Source: an uncultured Chloroflexia bacterium
GTDB taxonomy: Bacteria > Chloroflexota > Limnocylindria > Limnocylindrales > CSP1-4
Direction of reading: 5' to 3'
Assembly (NCBI GenBank): GCA_963714675.1
Contig: CAVQPG010000004.1
Location: 563,184 to 627,183 of the forward strand
Length of the DNA stretch: 64,000 nucleotides
The position numbers were made by a program, and so were the translations under genes. Under the pieces are notes generated by a model, which saw only the letters and a program-made list of their open reading frames with translations, was not told the DNA's origin and searched no databases. How positions within the stretch are numbered: the stretch's first letter is position 1; every line of letters starts with the position of its first letter. This document shows positions 41,345-53,193 of this stretch, piece by piece.

Positions 41345-41881
41345 TTACTCGCCGCCGGGCCTCGTGACCGACGATGCGTGGATCTCCTCACCGCGCAGGC
41401 CCGGACCCTGGCGCACCATCGATGCGAGGTCAGGTTCGGTGAACTCGGCGAGATGGTGCTTGCTGCCCTGGCGGGTGTTCATGAGCAGGCGCAGCACGTA
41501 GGCGCCCTCCTGCTCGAAGAAGAACACGTCCTTGGGCTTCTGGTCGTCGATATAGCGGCCGATGACGCGCAGCACGCGCTCGTAGGTGCCGGCCATCGGC
41601 GAACCGTCATTCGCGGGACCCGTGCGTCGACGAGCCTGGGAGTCCTCGAGGAAACGGGCGATGTCCTCGTCGAGGAACGTGTACGTCTCCTTGGTGATGG
41701 TCATTGACGGATCGGACCAGGCGGATGAATCCTGTCGCTCGCTCACGATACCCTGCAGGATGAAACCGTCGGGCGCTTCGGCCAGCAGGATCTCGTGCAG
41801 GCCACGCTGATCGACGAAGGCACCGATCGAGCGCAGGACTTCTTCGTAGTCCTGGCGCGGACTACCTTCGTAGATTCGCAT
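41345..41881 (-). CDS. Hypothetical protein built from two tandem ~65-aa homologous domains
   Basis: Internal repeat YEEVLRSIGAFVDQRGLHEILLAEAPDGFILQGIV versus YERVLRVIGRYIDDQKPKDVFFFEQEGAYVLRLLM. No known family recognised. Confidence 0.5.
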   Translation of the reverse strand: MRIYEGSPRQDYEEVLRSIGAFVDQRGLHEILLAEAPDGFILQGIVSERQDSSAWSDPSMTITKETYTFLDEDIARFLEDSQARRRTGPANDGSPMAGTYERVLRVIGRYIDDQKPKDVFFFEQEGAYVLRLLMNTRQGSKHHLAEFTEPDLASMVRQGPGLRGEEIHASSVTRPGGE

Positions 41882-41911
41882 CGAGAGCCTCCGTGGATCT
41901 CCCCATGGTAG

Positions 41912-42985
41912 TCATGGGTTCCCGTCGAGAGCGCAGGCGCACGGAACTCGACGGCCGTTGCTCCGAGAGTAATGGCCGGGGCGACGCATGGCAATGAACG
42001 GACGGCATCCTTCGACCGGTACGGAGGTCCCGGTCTCCGTCCGCAAGGATGGGCGACCGCTCCTAGCCACGGGCGGCAAGGGCCACCGCGATCTGCCCAG
42101 CGAGAGCGCATCACGGCGGATGATCTCGAGGTTGGCGCGCACGCTGCGCCCATCGGTGAGCTGGGCCACCCGGGCCAGCACGAAAGGGGTGCTGGCAGGA
42201 CCGTGGATCCCGGCCGCCTGTGCTTCGGACTCGGCCTGCTCGACGGCCGCTGCGACCTCGTCCGGCGGCAGCGCGATCTCGGGCGGCAGCGGCTGCGTGA
42301 TGAGCACGCCACCCTCGAGGCCGAGGGCACGCTGCGTGCTGATGATCGCCGCGGCCTCGCCGGGGGTATCGACGCGCAGGGGGGCCCGGTAGCCGCTGCT
42401 GTGGCTGTAGAAGCCGGCCACCTCGTCGCTGCCGTAGCCCACCACGGGCACGCCCCGGGTCTCGAGGACCTCGAGCGTACGGCCCACGTCGAGGATCGGA
42501 CTTGGGTCCGGCACACACGACGGTCACCGGCGTGCGGCCCAGCTCGCCGAGGTCAGCGCTGATGTCCATCGACGACTCCCCTCCCCGGTGGACACCGCCG
42601 ATGCCGCCGGTGGCGAAGACATCGATGCCGGCGAGGTGTGCGGCGATCATCGTGGCCGAGACGGTCGTCCCGCCCCAGCCCGGGCGCGCCAGCACGCCCG
42701 CGAGGTTCTGCCGCGAGACCTTGGGGATGTCACGAGCGTCGGCCAGCTCGACCAGCTGCTCGTCGGTGAGGCCCACCAGCAGCCGACCGTCGCGGACCGC
42801 GACCGTGGCCGGTACCGCGCCGGACTCGCGCACGGCCGCTTCGGCACATGCGGGCGGCCTCGAGGTTGTCGGGGCGTGGCAGCCCGTGGGTGGTGATGGT
42901 CGACTCGAGGGCCACCACGGCACCACCGTAGGCGAGCGCGTCGGCGGACCTCGGGAGGATCGGCGAGCAGGTCGGTGGGGTTCAC
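41912..42985 (-). CDS. psuG: Pseudouridine-5'-phosphate glycosidase (IndA/PsuG family), split by at least three frameshifts
   Basis: Segments [22 protein letters not shown] / [21 protein letters not shown]...[12 protein letters not shown]...[29 protein letters not shown]...[23 protein letters not shown] / [17 protein letters not shown]...[19 protein letters not shown]. Confidence 0.65.
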
Positions 42986-42996
42986 GTCTCGCCAGC

Positions 42997-43930
42997 CTAG
43001 CGGAGCTCGATCTGGGGCCGGCCGCGGCGCAGGGCTCCGGCGGCGGCCTTGTGGCCGGCCATGGCCGCACGCCGCAGGGCCTGGTCTCGACCCAGCCCGC
43101 CGGCCTGTTCACCCGAGCCCAGCAGCGAACGCAGGAAGCCCGCCGCGAAGGCGTCGCCGGCGCCGGTGGTGTCGACCTCGCGGCCGACGCGCGTGGCGGC
43201 CACGTCGACTGGCGGATGGCCTCGCCCTCGTCCCGCAGCACGCGGCAGCCCCAGACGCCGTCCTTGACGACCACCAGCGCCGGCGTAGCCCAGGAGTCGA
43301 GACCAGGCACCGACGGCCGGTCTCGCGCAGGAGCGCTGCGGCTTCGTCCCGATTGGCGAAGAGGATGTCCGGCGCCAGCTCGGCCGATGCGCGCGCGGGA
43401 CCGGCGGACGCCGTAGGCCAGGAGCGGGTCCGGCAGACGAGAGGTCGGTGCTGATGAGGGCGCCCGCATCACGCGCTCGACGACGTGGCCTCGAACGCGG
43501 CTGTCCCGATGCGGCTCGCTGAAGAGCGAGTAGGCCGGTACGTGCAGGACATCGGCGCGACGCAGCCAGCTCGCGCCGCAGGTCAGCAGGCTCGAGGGCA
43601 TCGGCGGCACCGCGCTCGGTCACGAACGAGCGTTCGCCATGATCGTCGATGAGGGCCGCCAGCCGGCCGCTGGGGCCGGGATGGCGAACGGCATGCACCT
43701 GCACGCCGTCGGCACGCAGCGAGGCCAGCAGGCGGTGGCCCAGACGTCGTCGCCGAGGCTGGTGATGAGGCGGCGTCGCCACCCGGCCGGCGAAGGTGGC
43801 GGCGGTGGTGGCGGCCGAGCCACCGCGACGGAAGGCCACGGTGCCGGGCACGTCCGTGCCGCTGTTCGATGGGCTGCTCGGGCGTGATGACCGACGTCGA
43901 GGAGGCAGGTCGCCGAGCGCGACCAGGCGG
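42997..43930 (-). CDS. psuK: PfkB-family carbohydrate kinase, probably pseudouridine kinase; frameshifted, 5' end approximate
   Basis: PfkB C-terminal motif DTTGAGDAFAAGFL and N-terminal ribokinase-like segments in adjacent frames. Directly upstream of psuG on the same strand. Confidence 0.5.
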
Positions 43931-44027
43931 GGAGGCTTCGTCGGACTCACGAGAAGGCAGGATACGCGTCTGGGCCCGCGGGGTCGTCCATGGCAGGATT
44001 CCGTATCGATGGACGAGGAGATCGCCC

Positions 44028-44472
44028 GTGGAGCTGAACGAGACGATCCGGGTCGAGCGGTCACCGGCTGAGGTCTTCGACGCCTGGGCCCGCATCGATC
44101 GCGCCACGCGCCACGACCCCGCCATCATCGAGCGGACCAAGCTGACCGATCGGGCCCATCGGCGCCGGTTCCCGGTTCCGGGCGATCGACCGTTGGCCCG
44201 GGCTCGATGTCGCCTACACCGTCGAGATCACCGCCTTCGAGCGACCCGAGCGCATCGCAGCGACCTGGTCGAACCCGCTCTCGGGCGGCTGGGACGCCAT
44301 CTTCGAGGCGTCCGCTGGTGGCACCGAGATGCACTTCCACGCCACCCTCCACCCCGGCGGGATCCACGGACTGGCCATACGCCTGCTGTGGCCCTGGTAT
44401 CGGCGCCGGGCGCGTGTCTTCCTCGAGACGTTCGGCGCCAGCGTGGAGGGCCGCGGCGACGTTCGCGACTAG
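44028..44472 (+). CDS. SRPBCC-superfamily protein (polyketide cyclase/AHSA1-like), frameshifted near 44150
   Basis: GTG with a GGACGAGGAG RBS: VELNETIRVERSPAEVFDAWARIDRATRHDP... continues in another frame as VAYTVEITAFERPERIAATWSNPLSGGWDAIFEASAGGTEMHFHATL. Confidence 0.45.
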
Positions 44473-44685
44473 GGTTTCCCGGGGGCACCGACCCGGCCGC
44501 GCTGACGGTGTCGGGACGAAGGCCAGGGTCAGCGGGACGTCTGCGCCCGAGGTCCGGGCCAGTATCATGGGGGCAGTCACACCGACCCCTCGGAGCCCAC
44601 CTGGGCAGGCCACGCCTGCCCAGGAACCACGCCGGGCCGCTCCAGCCTCCCGCTGGGCGAGCCCTCAGCCCTAGGAGCGCACATC

Positions 44686-46781
44686 TTGGACGGCACTATC
44701 ACGCCCTTCGATCAGAAGAGGGCCATCGACACCATCCGCATCCTCTCCATCGACGCGATCCAGCAGGCCAACAGCGGCCACCCGGGTGCACCCATGGGCG
44801 CGGCGCCGATGACCTACGCGCTGTGGACCGCCTTCCTCAAGCACGCCCCCACGCGCCCCGACTGGTTCGACCGCGACCGCTTCGTGCTCAGCGCCGGCCA
44901 TGCCAGCATGTTGCTCTACTCGATGCTCCACCTGACCGGCTACGACCTGCCGCTCGAGGAGCTCAAGCGCTTCCGCCAGCTGGGCTCCAAGACCCCGGGA
45001 CACCCGGAGTACGGCCTGACCGCCGGAGTGGAGGCCACCACCGGTCCGCTGGGCCAGGGCTTCGCCAACGCCGTCGGCATGGCCATGGCCGAGCGACGGC
45101 TGGCCGCCGAGTTCAACCGGCCCGGGCACGAGATCATCGACCACTGGACCTACACCCTCTGCTCCGACGGCGACCTCCAGGAGGGCATCGCGGCCGAGGC
45201 GGCCAGCCTCGCGGGCCATCTCGAGCTGGGCAAGCTGGTGGCGCTCTACGACGACAACGGCATCCAGCTCGACGGCCCCACCTCCATGGCCTGGTCGGAA
45301 GATGTGCTGGCCCGCTTCGACGCCTACGGCTGGCACACGCAGCGTGTGGACGGCGAGGATGTCGCGGCCATCACGGCGGCTATCGAGGCCGCGCGCGCCG
45401 ACGACCGCCCGTCGCTCATCAGCGTCAGGACCATCATCGGCGTCTGGCGCTCCCAACAAGGCCGGCACGCACAAGGTCCACGGCTCGCCCCTGGGTGCTG
45501 ACGAGGTGGCTGCCACCAAGGTGGCCCTGGGCTTCGACCCCGAGGCGTTCTTCGCGGTCGACCCCGACGTGCTCGGCCACTTCCGCGGTGCCGCCGAGAC
45601 CGGTGAGGAGCTGGTGGCGGCGTGGGAGCAGCGCCTGACCGCCTACACCGAGGCCTTCCCCGACGCCGGCGCCGCATTGCGTCGCCGCATCGACGGCACC
45701 CTCGCCCAGGACTGGGACGCCGACCTGCCGTGGTACTCCACGGAGGACGACGCGCTGGCCACGCGCAACGCCTCGCAAAACGCCATCGCGGGGCTCGAGG
45801 CGCGCGTGCCCGAGCTCTTCGGCGGGTCAGCCGACCTCTCGAGCTCCAACCTCACCGACATCGCCGACGCGGGCGACTTCAGCGCCGACGAGAGCGGTCG
45901 CAACATCCGCTTCGGCGTGCGCGAGCACGCCATGGGAGGCATCGCCAACGGCATCGCCTATCACGGCGGGCTGCTGCCCTACGTGGCCACGTTCCTGCCC
46001 TTCAGCGACTACATGCGTGGCTCGGTCCGCCTGGCGGCCCTGTCGGGCCTGCATGTCATCTATGTCTGGACCCACGACTCCATCGGCGTCGGCGAGGACG
46101 GGCCGACCCACCAGTCGGTCGAGCACTACGCGGCCCTGCGGGCCATCCCCAACCTGACCTTCGTCCGCGCGGGCGATCCCAACGAGGCCTCGGCCGGCTG
46201 GGCGCTGGCCGTCGAGCACCAGAGCGGACCGGTGGCCATGGTCTTCACGCGCCAGAAGCTGCCGGTGCTGCCCGGGCACCGCCGAGCTGGCCCGCGATGG
46301 TGTCCGCGCCGGCGGCTACGTGCTGGCCGAGGCGGTCGCTCCCGACGGCACCGCCACCGCGCCCGAGCTCATCCTGCTGGCCACCGGCTCGGAGCTGCAC
46401 CTGGCCATGGGCGCACGCGAGCTGCTCACCGCCGAGGGTCGCAAGGTACGCGTCGTGTCGATGCCCAGCTGGGAGCGCTTCGAGGCGCAGCCGGCGGCCT
46501 ACCGCGACGAGGTCCTGCCGCCGGCGGTGACCGCGCGCGTGTCCATCGAATCGGGCGTGTCGTTCGGCTGGGACCGCTGGGTGAACCAGCGCGACGGCGC
46601 CATCGTCGCCATCGATCGCTTCGGCATGAGCGCACCTGCTCCCCAGATCTTCGAGCAGTTCGGTCTCACCGTGGAGCACCTGGCCGAGGTCGCGCGTGGC
46701 GTCCTCGCGGGTGACGTGCGCGGTGTCATCTCCCCCGCTGCCGACCACGCCGGCAGCACCCCGAAGGCGGAGGGCCGCTAG
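44686..46781 (+). CDS. tkt: Transketolase, split over three frames by two frameshifts (near 45470 and 46290)
   Basis: TPP-binding N-terminus [12 protein letters not shown]...[18 protein letters not shown], Pyr domain [13 protein letters not shown]-terminal domain in ORF 46320-46781. Confidence 0.85.
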
Positions 46782-48496
46782 ATGGACACGACGCTGAAGC
46801 TGCCCGCAGCACTGCAGGGCACGGTCGATGAGGCCATCGCCAGGGCCGTGGGCGAACGCTGGGCCAGTCGCATCTGGGAGAGCGACACCAGCCTCTGGAC
46901 CGACGACCCCGAGGTCGCCGAGAAGATCAGGCATCGCCTGGGCTGGCTCTTCGCACCCACCTACTTCGTCGATGAGGTCGCGGAGCTGACCGCCTTCGGT
47001 CAGAGCATCGAGGCGGCCGGCTACACCGATGTGCTGGTCTGCGGCATGGGCGGCTCTTCACTCGCGCCGGAGGTGCTGACCAAGGTCTACCCCATCGAGG
47101 ACAAGGGCCTCAACGTCCACGTCCTCGACTCGACCGATCCGGCGGCCGTGGCGGCCTATGACGAGGCGCTCGACGCCAGCCGCACCCTCCGGGTCATCGC
47201 CACCAAGTCGGGCAGTACCACCGAGACGCTGGCCTTCCTGGCCCACTACTGGGCCCTCGAGGAGGGACGCGTGGGGCACTTCCCGCGCAATCGGGCCGGC
47301 AACGAGTTCGTCTCGATCACCGACCCCGGTGCACCGCTCAAGGCCGTGCCCCAGTCCAATTACTTCCGCGAGTCCTTCCTCAACCCCGAGGATGTGGGCG
47401 GTCGCTACAGCGCCCTGACCTACGTGGGCCTGGTACCGGCGGCGTTGCTGCAGCTGGATCTCGACCCGCTGCTCGAGGACGCGCGCATCATGGCCGACAG
47501 CACCAAGCTGGACACGGACGACAACCCGGCGCTGCGTGCTGGGGGCGGCCATGGCCGCGCTGGCAGCGGCCGGCCGCGACAAGCTGACCTTCGTCATCGA
47601 GCCCGACCTCGCGTCGCTGGGCGCCTGGCTCGAGCAGCTCATCGCCGAGTCCACCGGCAAGCAGGGCGTGGGCATCGTGCCCGTCGACGGCGAGCCGCTG
47701 GGCGCACCCGAGGTCTACGGTGACGACCGCGTCTTCGTCCGCCTCGGTCCTGCCAGCGACAGCGAGTGGCACAGCGAGGTCGACCAGAAGCTCGGGGCCC
47801 TCGCCGAGGCCGGACACCCGCTCATCGATATCCGCCTCGACGACGCCTCCTGGGTGGCGGCCGAGTTCTTCCGCTGGGAGTTCGCGACCGCGGTCGCAGG
47901 CATCGGCCTCGGGGTCAACCCCTTCGACGAGCCCAACGTGACCGAATCGAAGCAGAACACCCGCGACGTGCTCGAGACCTACGCCGCCGAGGGGCGGCTG
48001 CCCGAGCCGGAGCCGGGTGCCACGCGAGGGCCGCTGCGGGCCTGGCGGCAGAGCGGCGAGCGAGACCGACTTCGTGGCGCTGCTGCGCGAGCACATCGCC
48101 CGCGCGCCCCAGAACGGCTACTTCCAGATCGGCGCCTATATCGCTCCCACCGAAGCTCGCACGGAGCTGCTGCGGACGCTCCAGGCGAAGCTGCGCGACG
48201 GTACCGGCAAGGCATCCACGCTCGGCTATGGCCCGCGCTTCCTGCACTCGACGGGCCAGCTGCACAAGGGCGGTGCGCCCACGGGCTGCTTCATCCAGCT
48301 CACCAACGGCCATCCGGTCGACCTCGACATCCCCGGTCGCGACGAGTCGTTCGGCGTGCTCATCGACGCCCAGGCCATGGGTGACTTCGCGGCGTTCGGA
48401 GCCCACGATCTGCCAGCCATCCGCATCGACCTCGGCGACGACCCGGAGGCCGGCCTCAGCGAGCTGCTCGCCGCCTTCGCCGAAGCGCTCGCCTGA
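46782..48496 (+). CDS. pgi: Glucose-6-phosphate isomerase (SIS-domain type), split by two frameshifts
   Basis: VLVCGMGGSSLAPEVL, ATKSGSTTETLAFL. The middle and C-terminal parts continue in ORFs 47536-48384 and 48017-48496. Confidence 0.65.
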
Positions 48497-48540
48497 CCCT
48501 GACCACGCGGCATCAGGCCGCCTCACGAGGAGCACCATCC

Positions 48541-49440
48541 ATGGATCTCGTCATCGCCGGACTCGGCCGCATGGGCGCCAACATGGCCCGCCGTCTGCAC
48601 GCCGCGGGCCACCACGTGGTCGCCTACAACCGCTCCGAGGAGAAGGTCCGGGACATCATGAGCGAGGGTCTCGACGGTGCCTTCAGCGCGGCGGACGCGG
48701 TCGCCAAGCTGCCGACGCCGCGCGTGGTCTGGCTGATGGTGCCCGCGGGTGACGCCACCGAGGCCACGCTGGAAGAGTTCGCTGCCCTGCTCTCGGCGGG
48801 CGACACCATCGTCGACGGTGGCAACGCCAACTTCAAGGACAGCAAGCGCCGGCACGCAGCCCTGGCCATGCGGGGCATCCACTTCGTGGACGCCGGTATC
48901 AGCGGTGGCGTGTGGGGCCTCGAGAATGGCTACGGCACGATGGTCGGTGGCGACCGCGAGGCTGTCGCGCCGCTCGAGCCGATCTTCACCGCCCTGGCCC
49001 CCGAGAATGGCTATATCCACTGCGGCCCGTCCGGCTCGGGTCACTACACCAAGATGGTCCACAACGGCATCGAGTACGGCCTCATGCAGGCCTACGCGGA
49101 AGGCTTCGAGATCCTCCACGCCAGCGAGTACCCGCTCGACCTGGAGGCCGTGGCCAAAGCCTGGCAGCACGGCACCGTCATCCGCTCCTGGCTGCTGGAG
49201 CTGGCCGGCAACGCGTTCGCCCAGCGCGGCCAGGACCTCGATGGCGTCAAGGGCTACGTGTCCGACTCGGGCGAGGGTCGCTGGACGGTGCAGGAGGCCA
49301 TGGACCTCGACGTGCCGGCCCCGGTCATCACGCAGTCGCTCCTCACCCGCTTCCGCTCACGGCAGGACGAGTCCTATACCGCCCAGGTGCTGGCTGCCCT
49401 CCGTGAGCAGTTCGGCGGCCACGCCATCAAGGAGAAGTAG
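48541..49440 (+). CDS. gnd: 6-phosphogluconate dehydrogenase, decarboxylating (short YqeC-like form)
   Basis: Rossmann N-terminus MDLVIAGLGRMGANMARRL, GGNANFKDS, and the 6PGD C-terminal domain. 299 aa, intact. Confidence 0.8.
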   Translation: MDLVIAGLGRMGANMARRLHAAGHHVVAYNRSEEKVRDIMSEGLDGAFSAADAVAKLPTPRVVWLMVPAGDATEATLEEFAALLSAGDTIVDGGNANFKDSKRRHAALAMRGIHFVDAGISGGVWGLENGYGTMVGGDREAVAPLEPIFTALAPENGYIHCGPSGSGHYTKMVHNGIEYGLMQAYAEGFEILHASEYPLDLEAVAKAWQHGTVIRSWLLELAGNAFAQRGQDLDGVKGYVSDSGEGRWTVQEAMDLDVPAPVITQSLLTRFRSRQDESYTAQVLAALREQFGGHAIKEK

Positions 49441-49451
49441 GAGCCTCGGCG

Positions 49452-51135
49452 ATGCCCTCCAAGACGCCCGCCAAGCCCAGGCTCAAGCGTGGCGCTGGCG
49501 GCGACGGTCGTGCCCGGCACGTGATGCACCGCGACACGGTCGAAGACGCTGCGGCGGCCAATCCGCTGCGAGCGGGCACGCGCCTCGAGCGGGTGCCAGA
49601 CCCGTCCATCGTGGTCGTCTTCGGCGCCACCGGCGATCTCTCGCACCGCAAGATCTTCCCGGCCTTCTACAACCTCCGACGGGCCGGGCTGCTGCCCATC
49701 GAGACGAGCATCGTGGGCTACTCGCGCCGGTCCTACACGGACGCCGCCTTCGCCGACGAGATGAAGGCGGCCGTGACCGAGCATTCCCGCAATGAGGTCG
49801 AGGGTGCGCTCTGGAACGACTTCGCCCAGACCATCCACTACCAGCAAGGCGACTTCGGCAAGGCCGCCGACTACACCCGCCTCGCCGAACGGCTGGACCA
49901 GATCGACGCCGCGGCCGGCTGTCGGGGCAACCGCCTCTTCTACCTGGCCACGCCGCCTTCGGCCTACGAGGACATCGTGGCCAACCTCGGTGCTGCCGGC
50001 CTGGCCGACCCGGAGGGCGCCTGGAGCCGCATCGTCATCGAGAAGCCGTTCGGCCACGACCTCGACTCGGGCCACGCGCTGAACGACGCGGTCATGAAGT
50101 CGTTCGATGAGTCGCAGGTCTATCGCATCGACCACTACCTGGGCAAGGACACCGTCCGCAACCTGCTGGTCTTCCGCTTCGCCAACGGCATCTTCGAGCC
50201 GGTCTGGAACCGGCGCTACGTCGACCACGTCCAGATCACCGTGGCCGAGGACCTCGGCGTGGGCACCCGCGGCGCCTTCTACGAGGAGGCCGGTGCCAGC
50301 CGCGACATCCTCCAGAACCACATGCTCCAGCTGCTCAGCCTGGTGGCCATGGAGCCGCCCATCAACTTCGAGGCTGACGCCCTGCGCGACGAGAAGGTGC
50401 GCGTGCTGCGGGCCATCGACACCGACTGGACGCCAGCAGCGCATCCACAACGACGTCGTGCGCGGCCAGTACCGCGCCGGCTGGGTCGCCGACCGCAAGG
50501 TCAAGGGCTACCTCGACGAAGAGGAGGTCTCGGGCGACTCGAGCGTCGAGACCTACGTGGCCCTGCGCCTCGAGGTCGAGAACTGGCGCTGGGCCGGCGT
50601 GCCCTTCTACCTGCGCACGGGCAAGCACCTGCCGCGGCGCGCGACCGAGATCGCCATCCAGTTCAACCGGCCGCCGCTGACCCTCTTCAAGGAGAGCGCC
50701 AGCGACCCCGAGCCGAACATGCTGGCCATGCGCATCCAGCCCGATGAAGGCATCCTCCTGCGCTTCGCGGCCAAGGTGCCCGATCTTGGGCTCGACGTGC
50801 GCTCGGTGAACATGGACTTCACCTACGGCTCGACGTTCCTCGAGGATGCACCCGAGGCCTACGAGACGTTGCTGCTCGACGCCATGCTCGGTGATGCCTC
50901 GCTCTTCACCCGCGCCGACGAGGTGGAGGCGGCCTGGTCGCTGGTGACCCCGCTCAACGAGATGTGGGCCGAGTGGGGTGCGGGCGGTGGCAACGGCAAG
51001 GGCCGAACCAAGGCTGGCTCGCCCCAGAGCGGCAAGCTGGACGGCAGCATCCAGCCGTACGAGGCCGGGACCTGGGGTCCCGAAGCCGCCGACCGACTGC
51101 TGCAGCGAGACGGCCGACGATGGCGACGTCTGTAG
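49452..51135 (+). CDS. zwf: Glucose-6-phosphate 1-dehydrogenase, frameshifted near 50430
   Basis: GATGDLSHRKIFPA, IDHYLGKD, RIDHYLGKDTVRNLLVFRFAN. The C-terminal half continues in ORF 50107-51135. Confidence 0.85.
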
Positions 51136-52386
51136 TCCCCATCGAGTTCGACAAGGCCGGCTCCTGGCGCTGGCATGTGCGGACCGATTCGATCCGGGCC
51201 ACCACCGACATGCTCAGCAGTCTCTGGGGACGTGTCGCCGAAGAAGCCGGCCACGACGCGCTCATCGACAGCGAGGGCCGCGCGCTGGCGCACGACGACC
51301 CGCGTCTGGCGGCGATCGTGGGTGCCGGCAGCGACGAGAAGGGCATGCGCGTGCGCGCGCGCACCTCGGTGCTGACGCTGGTCGTGGTGGCACCCCGACC
51401 AGAGCTCGTGGAGCGGGCCATGGCCACGGTGGCCACGCTGGCCGCACGCCACCCGTCACGCGCGGTCGTGCTCTCTCCCACCGACCCCGACGGGCCGCCC
51501 AGCTTCGACGCCCATGTCTATGCCTCCTGCAAGCTACCCGCGCAGGGCAGCAGCGAGGTCTGCACCGAAGAGGTCCTCATCAAGGTCGGTGGTGAGCTGG
51601 CCCAGCATCTCTCCAGCACCGTCGCGCCGCTGCTCATCCACGATCTGCCGGTGGTCCTGTGGTGGCCCGACGATGTGCCCTTCGGGCGCGCGGACTTCGC
51701 CGAGCTGGCTGACGAGGTCGACCGCCTCTTCGTGGATTCCGGGCAGTTCCGGCACCACGGGCTGACACGGCTCGGGGGCATGGCTGACGCCGTCCACAGC
51801 GGGCTCGTGGTCCACGATGTGAGCTGGATGCGGCTGATGCTCTGGCGAGAGCTGCTGGCCTCGTGCTTCGACCACCCCCTGCTCATCCGCGAGCTCAAGC
51901 ACCTGCGCTCGATCCGCGTGGACGTGGCGCGGCCCGGCGGCGACGTGCGCCTCTCACGTGCGGTGCTCTTCGTGGGCTGGCTGATGTCCCGCCTGCGGCT
52001 GCAGGTCGTGGAACCGCTGCGCGAGTCGGACGACGACACCTGGGCCGCCAAGGTGCGCTCGGGCAAGCGCACCATCGACGTCGAGATCCGGCCGGTGGAG
52101 GTCGAGTTCAGCGGCGCTGTGCGAGGCGCCGGGTCGGTCGTGCGGGCCGAGCTCGAGGCCCATCGCAGCGATGCCGCCACACACGTCAACGTCACTCGCC
52201 AGGCCGACCACCTGCTGGCCACTGCCAACTGGAACGGCGCCTCGGTCGTCCGTCGCGCGAGCAAGCTCGAGGCCTTCGACGAGGTACCCGTACCTCGCCG
52301 ACTCCCTCGACCGCACCGGGCACGACCGACTGTTCGCACAGGCGCTCGACAAGGCCGTCGCGCTCATCGAGGGCGGCTCACGATGA
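51120..52386 (+). CDS. opcA: OpcA, glucose-6-phosphate dehydrogenase assembly protein; frameshifted near 52290
   Basis: Internal ATG (residue 53 of ORF 50964-52445) MATSVVPIEFDKAG overlaps the zwf stop. C-terminus ...DRLFAQALDKAVALIEGGSR lies in ORF 52171-52386. Order zwf-opcA-pgl. Confidence 0.75.
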
Positions 52387-52398
52387 GGCGCACGTCGC

Positions 52399-53139
52399 GT
52401 GGTGGTCTGCCCGGACGTGGAGGGCATCGCGCGGCGGGCGCTTGACCTGGTGGTCGAAGGCCTGCGGACCGGCATCAGCAGACGCGGGCAAGCGCACCTC
52501 GCGTTGACCGGTGGCTCCTCGGCAGCAGCGCTGTTCGAGCTCCTGCGCATCGACCCGCGAGCCGCTCGTGTGGACTGGTCGCGCGTCGACGTGTGGCAGG
52601 GCGACGAGCGCTTCGTGCCCATCGACCACCCCGATCGCAACTGGGCCGGCGCGCTGCGCGACTGGCTCGCAGCCGATGGTGGTCCTGGTGCGATCCTTCA
52701 TCCCATGCCCGTCGATGCGGCCATCGCCGGCGGCCACGACGCGGCCTGGGCGGCGGCGCGCTACGCCGAGGAGCTCGGTGAGGCGCTGCCTCTCCGGGAC
52801 GGCGTGCCCTCGTTCGACGTGCTGCTCCTGGGCATGGGCGGCGACGGGCACATCCTCTCGACCTTCCCGGGCAGCCCGCCGGTACGGGAGACGGAGGTGC
52901 CGGTGCTGGCGGTGGCAGCGCCCACCCACATCGAGCCGCACCTGCCGCGCGTGACGCTCTCGCCGTTCGTGCTGCGGGGGGCGTTGAGCGTCGTGGTCAT
53001 GGTCCCGGGCGCCGGCAAGGCCGACACCGTGCGCGACGTCCTCACCTCCCCCGCCGATCCGGTCCGCCTCCCGGCGCAGGTCGCGGTCCGCCCCAACGCC
53101 GTGTGGCTGCTCGAACCGGGGTCTGCCGGGCACCTCTAG
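52399..53139 (+). CDS. pgl: 6-phosphogluconolactonase
   Basis: ALTGGSSAAALFELL, LLGMGGDGHILSTFPGS. GTG start (a second GTG lies 3 nt upstream). Follows opcA. Confidence 0.75.
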   Translation: MVVCPDVEGIARRALDLVVEGLRTGISRRGQAHLALTGGSSAAALFELLRIDPRAARVDWSRVDVWQGDERFVPIDHPDRNWAGALRDWLAADGGPGAILHPMPVDAAIAGGHDAAWAAARYAEELGEALPLRDGVPSFDVLLLGMGGDGHILSTFPGSPPVRETEVPVLAVAAPTHIEPHLPRVTLSPFVLRGALSVVVMVPGAGKADTVRDVLTSPADPVRLPAQVAVRPNAVWLLEPGSAGHL

Positions 53140-53193
53140 GGAGTTGTCGCCGTAACCTGCATGTCATCGCATTCATGCGCGATAATCTCGCGC

